32,000 bases of DNA from Nostoc sp. PCC 7120 = FACHB-418 (GCF_000009705.1 NC_003272.1:2580001-2612000), one strand, 5' to 3'. Shown: positions 1 to 8,212, numbered from the stretch's first letter. Translations and numbers: made by a program. The notes: generated by a model from the letters alone, not told the origin.

Positions 1-434
1 TCTTGATTAACTACCAAAACTTCCGCAATTCCGGCAAATGGTTTTTCTTGACGAAATGTATCGCCACCCTCGTAACGCAATTGCGAATTGGGAATATCAA
101 TAATTAATTTATTGCCTTCATTCTTCTGAACAGGTTTGAGAGCATCACCTTTAGCAGTTTCTAAAATGACCTCAACACCTTTTTCAGTTTGGTTGATACG
201 TACCCCTGTAACTTCTACTATTTCCTCTGCATCAGGGTTCTGAGTTAACAACAGTGCGGCATTAGTCTGGGGAGGTTTTACCTCACTCAACTGGGGAATA
301 CTTGATACAGATTTGCTTTTATCTCCAATATCAACCGAATTTCCTCCATCGGTTTCAGCCAGAACTGACTGTGTTGTGAGTATAAAAACTGAGGCTGTAA
401 ACATCAGCCCGGAAAGCGATTTTATTAATCTCAT
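1..434 (-). CDS. TonB-dependent siderophore receptor, N-terminal part only (signal peptide + AMIN-type N-terminal domain); gene runs off the window start
   Basis: Absent from the ORF track because it is truncated by the window edge. Manual minus-strand translation from ATG (434..432) gives MRLIKSLSGLMFTASVFILTTQSVLAETDGG...IPQLSEVKPP...VTGVRINQTEKGVEVILETAKGDALKPVQKNEGNKLIIDIPNSQLRYEGGDTFRQEKPFAGIAEVLVVNQ. This is colinear with the N-terminus of the 9320..11956 receptor (IPQLSEIKLP...ITGVKANPTEKGVEVILETTLGEKLQ...). Confidence 0.8.
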   Translation of the reverse strand, partial: MRLIKSLSGLMFTASVFILTTQSVLAETDGGNSVDIGDKSKSVSSIPQLSEVKPPQTNAALLLTQNPDAEEIVEVTGVRINQTEKGVEVILETAKGDALKPVQKNEGNKLIIDIPNSQLRYEGGDTFRQEKPFAGIAEVLVVNQ

Positions 435-593
435 CACCAAATCTCCCTCACACCAACATATTCATCAAACTTTTGACCCCTCTCCTGTGACAGATTAGGG
501 TATTAGGTCACTCCATCTATCCCCACAAGCTGTTAGGAATATTTCTTAACTAAACTAGTAGTGTATCTACAATACGGGATTCGGATTTCTAAT

Positions 594-636
594 TTGAACG
601 CTAGAGGGATTTTTTTTGAACGCTAGAGGGATTTTT
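594..636. repeat. Tandem duplication (2 x ~21 bp, period 22) TTGAACGCTAGAGGGATTTTT spanning the stop codon of the AraC gene
   Basis: Direct reading: copy 1 at 594..614, copy 2 at 616..636. The TAG stop of ORF 623..1642 (complement of cta at 623..625) lies in copy 2. Confidence 0.9.
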
Positions 637-1642
637 GTTGCTGTTGAAAGTATTGTTTGGGATTCAAACCAAATTTTTTGCGGAAAGCTAAAGCAAAGTA
701 ACTGCGACTGTCAAAACCTACTCTAAATGCCACTTCTTCAACTTTCATTTCTCCTAATGCTAAGAGTTGTTTTGCTTTTTCTAGACGATAGTTGTGCAAA
801 TATTTGAACGCAGATGTCCCGAAAACTTGACGAAACCCACACTTCAATTTAAATTCATTTATCCCTACTTGTTGTGCTAACTCTATCAGGCTAGGTGGAT
901 TTTCTAGATTACCTAACAAAATTTCCTTGGCTTGGTATATTCTTTCAACATCTCTCAAATTCTTGCCGGGAAAGCTATGATTAGATCTCTCCTGCTCCTG
1001 AAATTGTTGGAAATAAAGCGTCATCAATTCCATTGCTTGACTTTCTAAATACATTCGCTTCATCAAGCCTTGATAGGGACACTTGAGGATATTACATAAC
1101 ACCTGCCACATTTGCTGTGTAATTTCCCCTTGCTGGTAGTAAGGCTGTACTTTACCATTCATCACTGCTTGGCGCAGGAAAATGGGTATCTGTTCTAATT
1201 CTTCTTCGCCAAAACTTTGAAAGAATTGCTGTGGTTCGATTTTCAGATAAATTCGTGAAAACTTTTCTCCGGCTTTCCACCATTCAGTTTCTTTGATATC
1301 GCAGTTACATTCTGAATAATATCTGCCTACGATTTCGTCTGTCTTGTCAGTTAAACCGTGGCGTTCAATCCTCACTTTTCCTGAAAGAAAAAAACTCAAC
1401 CCAAAGAGAGATTCATCAGGAATATCTCTGATCCATATCAGATCATTAATAAACTCTTTTTCATGTATCTTAATAAATAATCCGCTACGTAATTCTGTCC
1501 AGCATTCATAGGTATGACAGATATCTATAATTTTCCCTTGATGGATAGTTTCAAAACTCTTTAATTGACTAGAAAGTTGACCATTTTGTTCACTTTTTGT
1601 CCATATTTCTTCCCAGTCTGTACTTGTAATAATTTTTGTCAT
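623..1642 (-). CDS. AraC-family transcriptional regulator, PchR-like (upstream of a TonB-dependent receptor gene)
   Basis: 339 aa ORF. The C-terminal double HTH is typical of AraC/XylS (PSLIELAQQVGINEFKLKCGFRQVFGTSAFKYLHNYRLEKAKQLL...VEEVAFRVGFDSRSYFALAFRKKFGLNPKQY). It sits directly upstream of the receptor gene at 1..434 on the same strand. Confidence 0.85.
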   Translation of the reverse strand: MTKIITSTDWEEIWTKSEQNGQLSSQLKSFETIHQGKIIDICHTYECWTELRSGLFIKIHEKEFINDLIWIRDIPDESLFGLSFFLSGKVRIERHGLTDKTDEIVGRYYSECNCDIKETEWWKAGEKFSRIYLKIEPQQFFQSFGEEELEQIPIFLRQAVMNGKVQPYYQQGEITQQMWQVLCNILKCPYQGLMKRMYLESQAMELMTLYFQQFQEQERSNHSFPGKNLRDVERIYQAKEILLGNLENPPSLIELAQQVGINEFKLKCGFRQVFGTSAFKYLHNYRLEKAKQLLALGEMKVEEVAFRVGFDSRSYFALAFRKKFGLNPKQYFQQQQKSL

Positions 1643-1842
1643 AGTTAAATGATAATTGCTATTATTATCAAGCTGATATATGGTTGAAACTAACGCACCT
1701 TTTCCAGTTTATTAAAAGGGAACACCTAATACTGGATGCAATGCAAACTTGATAAGTCAGCGATCGCTCCAGTATTCAGTACCCCAACCTGCTATATATC
1801 TTAAATAAGAAATATTATTAATTGTTGCACAAAATTTGCTGT

Positions 1843-1868
1843 AAAAAAAGCGACTTGTCGCAGTCGCT
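1843..1868 (-). terminator. Rho-independent terminator downstream of the vapBC pair
   Basis: 7-bp stem AGCGACT (1849..1855) / AGTCGCT (1862..1868) with a 6-nt loop. An A-run at 1843..1849 becomes the U-tract on the minus strand. Confidence 0.6.
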
Positions 1869-2034
1869 GGTGGTGGTAGCTCCCATACCAGATTGCACAA
1901 GCCACAGACTGGCATCAATCCCATCAAGTGCTAGTCATTCCTCTTGCTTGCACTGCCTTGAGTTGTCGCCATAAAGGGTTTTCTTGGAGTTTTTCTCAAG
2001 TCTCTGTGGTATCTTTACTGCCCCAATTTGCTAA

Positions 2035-2409
2035 CTATTGAATTTGAACAGTATCAACGCTAATTTCTGTGACATTTGCCAGTTGTAAATCATTACTTAA
2101 CAAAACTGCATCATAAATTAGGGCAGTGGCACAAATGATCGCATCTGGTAATTTCAGTCGATACTGCTTACGCAGTTTGATTGCAGCATTCTTCAAATCT
2201 TGATCTAGACCAACTACTATTACTTGTGATAGAAACTATTGAATTCTCAACTCTTCTTCTGCGCCGAGTGCTGGATAAGAAAGCATTTCAATTTCGCTGA
2301 TCACGGACAAGTAGAATTCACCAACAGGTAAGGTGTTTAGAAGCCGTCCACCTAAAAGATATAAGGTAACATTCGTATCGAGAATGTATCTTTTGTTCGT
2401 CACGCCCAT
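2035..2409 (-). pseudogene. vapC: PIN-domain VapC-type toxin gene interrupted by one in-frame TAG (codon 58)
   Basis: Manual minus-strand translation: MGVTNKRYILDTNVTLYLLGGRLLNTLPVGEFYLSVISEIEMLSYPALGAEEELRIQ*FLSQVIVVGLDQDLKNAAIKLRKQYRLKLPDAIICATALIYDAVLLSNDLQLANVTEISVDTVQIQ*. The same frame runs throughout. The internal stop is the complement of cta at 2236..2238. PIN acidic residues are present (ILDTN, SEIE, LPDAII). The start overlaps the antitoxin stop (ATGGGCGTGA). Confidence 0.75.
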
Positions 2410-2603
2410 TCATTCCGTATCTCATGTTGAAATTCAAGCGGATCTTGCTTGAGCTGGATGGTGCCACTGAAGGAATTGAGATCGACAACCTGAGCAGGGG
2501 AGTGAGAGCTTTTCTGAACTAGCTGCGCCTTTAACCAGTTCTGCTCTTCTGGTGGCAATGCTAAAATCATTTGCTTGATTGATTGTACGAGTTGAACATT
2601 CAT
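2400..2603 (-). CDS. Small type II antitoxin-like protein (VapB-like partner of the PIN gene)
   Basis: 67 aa ORF immediately upstream of the PIN-domain gene and overlapping it. Its size, position and C-terminal DPLEFQHEIRNEW tail resemble cyanobacterial antitoxins paired with PIN toxins. Confidence 0.6.
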   Translation of the reverse strand: MNVQLVQSIKQMILALPPEEQNWLKAQLVQKSSHSPAQVVDLNSFSGTIQLKQDPLEFQHEIRNEWA

Positions 2604-2827
2604 ATATATAGCTACTTTTCAAGATGAATTTTTTAAATCATATCCTCTTTTCCCTATTGCAATCCAGTGTGGTATGAGTTGTGCGGTTCTGCATCGCAGA
2701 GACTATAGCTGCCTCAACCTAACCTTCGGCGAGGGCGATCGCACTGCTCATTCTTCAGAAGAAATTTGGCAGGATTTGCAGATGAATATCGTGTGTTTAG
2801 ACATAGGTTTAAGGTGTATTTACAATT

Positions 2828-3338
2828 GGCTTTGTTGCATGAAAGGAAAAAAGGACACACCAATCCGAAGTAAGGATAGGAATTAGTATTCAACTTTGTA
2901 AGAGTCGGGCTTACCTAACTGGATCATGCGGTTAAGCGCAGCGCATTGCAGAAATAACTCGACAGCCTGGTTATCAAAAAAGCGTCGTCTCAACTTGCAA
3001 CCATTGATGGTTTTGAGCCGAAAGATGGCAGTTTCAGATAAAGAACGGCGATGATATCCACTCTCTTGTTTCCATTGCTTACGCCCGACTTGGTTCACCC
3101 TTCGCAGATTTTCATCTCTGGGATGGGGTTGGGAATGAGGATGTGGTTGTTGCATTTTTGCGTTGCTAAGTGGTGGAATTATCGCTTTTGCCCCGCGTTG
3201 TGAAATGGTGTCGTAACAACCTTTTGTGTCATAGCCACCATCTCCAGACACTTGCTCTATCGGCTGTGAAATCAGGCAGCGAGAAAACATTGGCGATAGG
3301 TAAAATTTACCATTTTGCCTATTCACGCAACAACGCCC
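2828..3338 (-). mobile_element. Remnant (3' ~510 bp) of an IS5-family, IS903-group insertion sequence: terminal inverted repeat plus the C-terminal ~150 codons of the DDE transposase
   Basis: The C-terminal half of ORF 2883..3722 reads ...QVSGDGGYDTKGCYDTISQRGAKAIIPP...ESGYHRRSLSETAIFRLKTINGCKLRRRFFDNQAVELFLQCAALNRMIQLGKPDSYKVEY, the typical C-terminal DDE region of IS5/IS903-type transposases. 55 bp beyond the stop, the plus strand reads GGCTTTGTTGCATGAAAGG (2828..), which resembles the IS903 terminal repeat GGCTTTGTTGAATAAATC. Confidence 0.7.
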
Positions 3339-3722
3339 ATTTACACAGGTAAACCGCACCTTCCCTTGATACTTGCAGTTGTAGGCTGGTGAAATTCCAC
3401 TCCCAGAAAAATACCCGCGTGTCCCACCTAAAACGGGATGCACTTCCTCAGAATCTATAAAACCCGACAAACAAATACTAATTTGAATTGTATGGTCGTG
3501 GACGGGTGTCTTTACTATCAAATCATGGTGATGGGTGCAATCTGTCAACATCAACCATATTCCCGGCGATAGTTCCACCTCGGAGAAGTAAAAATCCCGA
3601 TCAATATATTTTGTGATCTCGGCAACATCCTCAAATGTACTACATACAGAATCTTGCCAGTCAAGATTGCTAGCCTGTAAACGTATCTTATCCCAGTCCG
3701 AGTCATTGAGGATAAATGTCAT
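3339..3722 (-). pseudogene. AraC/PchR-like regulator truncated after codon ~128 (only the N-terminal ligand-binding-type domain is left), fused in frame to the IS5 remnant
   Basis: Residues 1-128 of ORF 2883..3722 (MTFILNDSDWDKI...ELSPGIWLMLTDCTHHHDLIVKTPVHDHTIQISICLSGFIDSEEVHPVLGGTRGYFSGSGISP...FTCVN) align residue for residue with the N-terminus of the intact regulator at 12076..13098 (MTLILNKSDWDEM...ELSPGVSLGFADCEYHQDLMIKIPAHDHLIQINILLSGFFDCDEVHPRLDGTRSYFSGSGVSP...SFVN). No HTH domain follows. Confidence 0.8.
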
Positions 3723-3956
3723 GCTAGGAGGTTGGAGAAAAATTAATTAAATGCTAAGTTTTTGCAACTATTTTACCACACCTGCTAGGAAATGTAGGTG
3801 ATTGAGGATATGTGTTTTCATGCAAGTTTTTAGAAAATGGTCACTAAATTATCGGTAGCATTTGACAATTTATAGCAATAATGCTTAGATGACTACAGAG
3901 AGTTAAAAAATATCCGTAATCAATGACACAGTAACTGAATTTGGGTGGTTCTTTTG

Positions 3957-4114
3957 TTCAATATTGGGCGTTACTGAATTAATGGGATGATTTGTGTCTC
4001 GCTTATACCACTAAGGCGGAACCCCCAGGATACGCACAAAGCCGCAAAAAAGACGACAGTTTTTTTGCTAAATAAGCTTAATTCATCCCGCATTTATGCA
4101 ACGCCAATATTGAA
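3957..4114. repeat. ~158-bp element bounded by 15/16-bp terminal inverted repeats (MITE-like or structured regulatory element)
   Basis: Left arm TTCAATATTGGGCGTT (3957..3972). Right arm AACGCCAATATTGAA (4100..4114) is its reverse complement apart from one extra G. An internal A/T hairpin GCAAAAAA-N-TTTTTTGC lies at 4044..4068. There is no ORF inside. Confidence 0.55.
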
Positions 4115-4213
4115 TGCGATCGCATAGATTAAGTGGCAAATATGGACAAATATAATTTTTGCATCCTTGCAGTCGTGATTACGGTGAATTGACTGATTTT
4201 TGAGGTTGATCAG

Positions 4214-6622
4214 GTGAAGATAGGCTTTTTATTTTTGAATATTTTCGTAATAAATCTTATTTATGTAACTGCGGTATTCGCTGCTGAAGAGCAAGATTCA
4301 GAAGCAATACCAAATATTCGTGAACTTGAATTTACCCATAGAAGTGCTGATTGGCTCACCCAAAAACCAGATACTATTCCTGTGAATTTAGATGGGAAGA
4401 ATCCCAAATGTCCTGATGGTTATGAGGTGATAGAAAATCGAGAGGATGAAAAACAACCGGAAGTTTGCAAACGCAAGCGAGATACAAATCAGGAAGAGAA
4501 CGAAGAAGCAGATATTGAGATTACGGTGACGGGAACTAGAACACCGCGATCGCTTGATGAATCCCCAGGAACAATTACAGTTATTGATGCAGAAGATATT
4601 GATAATCAACTTATTCAGAATTTAGATGATTTAATCCGCTATGAACCGGGGGTATCGACGAGTGGAGATGCGAGACGTTATGGTTTCCAAGACTTCAATA
4701 TCCGGGGGATTGATGGGAATCGGGTTTTGCTACAAGTCGATGGGGTGCGTTTACCGGATTCCTTTGATTTTGGTAGCACCCAACTAGGAAGAAATTACAT
4801 CGATACAGAAACCCTGCGACGGGTAGAAATTATTCGCGGTTCTGCCTCTACTTTGTACGGTAGTGATGCGATTGGTGGTGTCGTCACCTTCATTACCAAA
4901 GATCCCAGCGATTATTTGAACGAATCGGGAGACGATGGGTATTTTAGCAATAAATTTGTCTACGATAGTGCCAATCGGGGAATTGGTAACACAACTACAA
5001 TTGCAGGTAGATTGGGTGATGTGGAGGGATTGTTAATTTACACCAGACGGGATGGATACGAACCACAAATAAATAGCGATCGCGCTCCCAATCCCCAAAC
5101 TACCGATGCAAATAGTTGGTTGACAAAATTAGTATTTAATTTGGGTGATTTTGATCAACTCAAATTAACTGGAGAGTTTATTAATCGCACCACAGACACC
5201 AATGTTTTAACCTCCCGTGGGATTAACTTTGGTGTCCGTACAGATAGCTTAACAGCAACGGATGAAATTAAGCGTAATCGATATAATTTAAGCTACGAAC
5301 ATAACAATCCCGATAGCAATTTATTCTTCCAAGTTTTACGCAGCCAAATTTATTATCAAGAAGCAACCAGCACCGAAGAATCAAACGAATTACGTCGCGC
5401 AACTGCACCAATTACAACGGGAGCAGTTAACCGTCGTCGCTTTCGTAGTTCGATTTATCAACAAAATACCTTTGGTGGAGATATTCAGCTAGAAAGTAAT
5501 TTTCAAACTGGAGATATTAACCATAGACTAGTTTATGGTGCCGAACTTTCCAATACCAAAACATCCCGACTGCGCGATGGTTTTCAAGAAAATATTGCTG
5601 CACCTGGAATTATCGGCGAAAGAACCAATCGAGTGGGCCCTGATGCGTTTCCTGTCAAAGATATTGCCGACACAGATAATACGAGGTTTGGTGTTTATTT
5701 ACAAAATGAAATTACCTGGGGAAATCTAACAATTATTCCTGGTATTCGTTACGATTCATATAGTTTGAATCCCAACCCAGACGATATCTATCGCGCGAAC
5801 TCGCGTAATTTTCCTACATCTAATTTTTCCGATTCTGCCATTTCACCGAGGCTGGGATTGGTTTATAGCTTCACATCAGAAGTGACTGGATTTGCTCAAT
5901 ATTCTCGTGGATTTCGCGCACCAACAGGCGAAGATATTAACCCCGGTTTTACCAATCCTGGTCAATATACAGTCATTCCCAATCCCGATTTAAAAGCCGA
6001 AACCAGTAATAATTTTGAATTAGGATTACGCGGTTCATTTCCCTCTGGAAAATTTAGTATTAGCGGTTTTTACAACAACTATAATAACTTTATTGACACC
6101 TTTGGACGAGTCATTCCTACCCCTGGATTAATAGTTGGTTCTTTCCAAACAGTGAATCGCGGTGAAGTGAGAATTTATGGAGTAGAAGCCAAGGGAGAAT
6201 TAAAATTAGGTTCGGGATTTAGCTTACTAGCAAGTTCTAGTTACACTGTCGGAGACGACTTAGAAGAAAATCAACCCCTCGTATCCGTCGATCCCTTCCG
6301 CTTAGTGACAGGATTAAGATATCGCGCACCCCAAAATCGCTGGGGAACTGAATTAATCGGTAGTTACGCAGCAAGTCCCAGACTTCCTAAAACTGAAGAA
6401 ATACCAAATCCCTTTGTCCCTGATAGTTATTTCACATTAGACTTAATTGGGTATTACAATTTGAGCGACAATGCAACGTTAAATATTGGGGTTTTCAATC
6501 TTCTCAATGAAAAATATTGGCGACGTGGTGACGTGCGAGGATTGAGTGCAAATGATGGGAATTTAGATTTATTTGTGCAACCAGGTATTAGTTTAGTTGC
6601 AGGTTTAACAGTGAGATTTTAA
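4214..6622 (+). CDS. TonB-dependent outer-membrane receptor (possibly haem/haemoglobin-type subfamily)
   Basis: 802 aa with a GTG start. Signal peptide MKIGFLFLNIFVINLIYVTAVFA. Plug-domain motifs (ITVTGTRTPRSLDESPGTITVID, RGIDGNRVLLQVDGVRLPD, IEIIRGSASTLYGSDAIGGVV). C-terminal beta-barrel ending in ...GLTVRF. FRAP...NPDL boxes (GFRAPTGEDINPGFTNPGQYTVIPNPDLKAE). Confidence 0.9.
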   Translation: MKIGFLFLNIFVINLIYVTAVFAAEEQDSEAIPNIRELEFTHRSADWLTQKPDTIPVNLDGKNPKCPDGYEVIENREDEKQPEVCKRKRDTNQEENEEADIEITVTGTRTPRSLDESPGTITVIDAEDIDNQLIQNLDDLIRYEPGVSTSGDARRYGFQDFNIRGIDGNRVLLQVDGVRLPDSFDFGSTQLGRNYIDTETLRRVEIIRGSASTLYGSDAIGGVVTFITKDPSDYLNESGDDGYFSNKFVYDSANRGIGNTTTIAGRLGDVEGLLIYTRRDGYEPQINSDRAPNPQTTDANSWLTKLVFNLGDFDQLKLTGEFINRTTDTNVLTSRGINFGVRTDSLTATDEIKRNRYNLSYEHNNPDSNLFFQVLRSQIYYQEATSTEESNELRRATAPITTGAVNRRRFRSSIYQQNTFGGDIQLESNFQTGDINHRLVYGAELSNTKTSRLRDGFQENIAAPGIIGERTNRVGPDAFPVKDIADTDNTRFGVYLQNEITWGNLTIIPGIRYDSYSLNPNPDDIYRANSRNFPTSNFSDSAISPRLGLVYSFTSEVTGFAQYSRGFRAPTGEDINPGFTNPGQYTVIPNPDLKAETSNNFELGLRGSFPSGKFSISGFYNNYNNFIDTFGRVIPTPGLIVGSFQTVNRGEVRIYGVEAKGELKLGSGFSLLASSSYTVGDDLEENQPLVSVDPFRLVTGLRYRAPQNRWGTELIGSYAASPRLPKTEEIPNPFVPDSYFTLDLIGYYNLSDNATLNIGVFNLLNEKYWRRGDVRGLSANDGNLDLFVQPGISLVAGLTVRF

Positions 6623-6679
6623 AGCATCAGCAATAAAACATCAATACGAACAGTAGTTAATGTAAATAGACAATTGCTT

Positions 6680-7543
6680 ATGAACACACAAAAAGAATCG
6701 ACAACAAAACTTGTGGGTGTACCTGAAACATTAATGATTACCCTCTACGGACGTTATGTCGAGCAGGAATTTTCTGACTGTATTCTGGAAGATAAAAAGG
6801 CAGTAGAAATTGTCGGAAAAGTTGATTATGACTTCTCTAAATATTCTAGTTCCTGGTCATCTCAACTAGGTGTTGTCATCCGAGCCAAAAATATCGATGA
6901 AATATTAAGACAATTTTTGATCACCCATCCACAAGCTACAGTTATTAACTTGGGAGGGGGACTGTGTACAAGATTTTTCCGAGTTGACAATGGGGAGATG
7001 AACTGGTACGAAATAGATTTCCCCGAAGTTATCGACCTGAAAAGAAAACTGATCTCTGAAAGCGATCGCTATCATTTAATTGGTAGTTCTATTCTCGAAT
7101 CTAGTTGGATATCCCAAATCACACCAGCAACAAATCAGCCTCTATTTATCATCATGGAAGGCGTATCAATGTATTTAAGCGAGGAGGAAAACCAAAGTGT
7201 ATTTCGAAAAATTAAAACAATGCTAGCTCCTAAATTTATTTCTGTAGAAATGGTATTTGATGTGCTAGATAAAAAAGGAGTAGCTAATACTAAAAAACAC
7301 GAAACTGTATCCAAAACCGATGCGGATTTTAAATGGGGACTAGATAATTTCCATGAAATAGAAGCATGGGATTTATCCATTCAACTCAAAAAAGAAATTT
7401 GTTATCTACCCCAATTCGTCAACTATCCCCATCGCCTGAAACCGTTTTGGTTGAAATACATTTCATTTATGCTAGTACCCTTATTTAAAAATAGATGCCG
7501 CATTCTTCATATCAATCTGACACCCGGATCGCCACTTTCATAA
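6680..7543 (+). CDS. Class I SAM-dependent methyltransferase (TcmP / leucine-carboxyl-MT-like, COG3315-type)
   Basis: The ORF-track entry starts at TTG 6674; ATG at 6680 is the more likely start. Motifs: VPETLMITLYGR, VINLGGGLCTRFFR (SAM motif I-like), WYEIDFPEVIDLKRKL, IIMEGVSMYL. Confidence 0.6.
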   Translation: MNTQKESTTKLVGVPETLMITLYGRYVEQEFSDCILEDKKAVEIVGKVDYDFSKYSSSWSSQLGVVIRAKNIDEILRQFLITHPQATVINLGGGLCTRFFRVDNGEMNWYEIDFPEVIDLKRKLISESDRYHLIGSSILESSWISQITPATNQPLFIIMEGVSMYLSEEENQSVFRKIKTMLAPKFISVEMVFDVLDKKGVANTKKHETVSKTDADFKWGLDNFHEIEAWDLSIQLKKEICYLPQFVNYPHRLKPFWLKYISFMLVPLFKNRCRILHINLTPGSPLS

Positions 7544-7570
7544 TTATATGAGTAAGGGTGACATGAAGAG

Positions 7571-7792
7571 ATGTTAGGGATTACACTAAAGGAAACAAGA
7601 CTTTACCATGAAATTAAGGAAGAAGGAGAAAAATCCCTTGTTCTGTGTCAATTAACTCGTCGTGTGGGAGAATTATCTTCAGAGGTGCGTCAGCGCATTG
7701 AATCTTTGTCCTTAGAAAAATTAGAAAATCTTGGCGAAGCACTGTTAGATTTTCAGGGAATGGCTGATCTAGAGGCTTGGTTTAATCGCTGA
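7571..7792 (+). CDS. DUF4351-domain protein, probably the stand-alone C-terminal remnant of an Rpn/PD-(D/E)XK putative transposase family gene
   Basis: 73 aa: LYHEIKEEGEKSLVLCQLTRRVGELSSEVRQRIESLSLEKLENLGEALLDFQGMADLEAWF. This matches the recognisable DUF4351 pattern (...L.rR.G.l......i..Ls...Le.L..alLdF....dL..WL). The N-terminal nuclease domain is absent. Confidence 0.5.
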   Translation: MLGITLKETRLYHEIKEEGEKSLVLCQLTRRVGELSSEVRQRIESLSLEKLENLGEALLDFQGMADLEAWFNR

Positions 7793-7830
7793 AGTTGAGT
7801 GAGGATAATACTAAAAAGATATAACCACCG

Positions 7831-8208
7831 CTACCTTTCCCCAGGCGGAATTTGCGCGAAAATTGCAGCTTGTAGCACTTCAGGTAATTGTTTCCAAGCT
7901 ACGTTACCTTTACGACTCTTGACATACAATTGCATAAATTCTAGTAAAGATGCTGCGCTTTCTTCTGGAGTCAAATTGACGAAAAGATAGCTGGGTTTGT
8001 CTGGGTGTGAAGCAGCTACAACGCAACCATGATTACAAGCCCACAAACATTCAACGGGTTTAATTTCTATTTCATGAAGTGACGATTCTTCACTACATAA
8101 ATAATTTAATTTTTCAAGTAAAATTTCACCATCAAAAGGAGGATTTTCTGGTCTTTCTTGAGAAGAAGGGTGACAAGATTTACAGACAAATAGGTTATAT
8201 TTTGGCAT
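7831..8208 (-). CDS. DUF1636-family Cys-rich (thioredoxin-like, putative metal/Fe-S binding) protein
   Basis: The likely start is MPKYNLFVCKSC... (ATG at 8208), 5 nt after the stop of the upstream binding-protein gene. Cys motifs CKSC and CLWACNHGC are present. The C-terminal ...LPEVLQAAIFAQIPPGER resembles the DUF1636 ...aRIPP ending. Confidence 0.65.
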   Translation of the reverse strand: MPKYNLFVCKSCHPSSQERPENPPFDGEILLEKLNYLCSEESSLHEIEIKPVECLWACNHGCVVAASHPDKPSYLFVNLTPEESAASLLEFMQLYVKSRKGNVAWKQLPEVLQAAIFAQIPPGER

Positions 8209-8212
8209 GATT

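Noticed and set aside
313-498. 61-aa plus-strand ORF
   Set aside because: It lies antisense to the clearly coding N-terminus of the truncated TonB-dependent receptor (1..434, minus). It has no recognisable motifs.
2434-2886. ORFs 2434..2622 (-) and 2674..2886 (+)
   Set aside because: The first is an alternative frame of the antitoxin gene. The second crosses the IS903-like terminal repeat and is Cys/low-complexity rich with no motif. Both are judged to be chance ORFs.
3170-3352. 60-aa plus-strand ORF
   Set aside because: It is antisense to the transposase-remnant/AraC junction and has no supporting features.
4388-5729. ORFs 4388..4609 (-) and 5535..5729 (+) inside the receptor gene
   Set aside because: Both are nested in or antisense to a well-supported 802-aa TonB-dependent receptor frame and have low-complexity composition.
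7135-7990. ORFs 7135..7380 (-) and 7799..7990 (+)
   Set aside because: They are antisense to the methyltransferase gene and the DUF1636 gene respectively, with no motifs.
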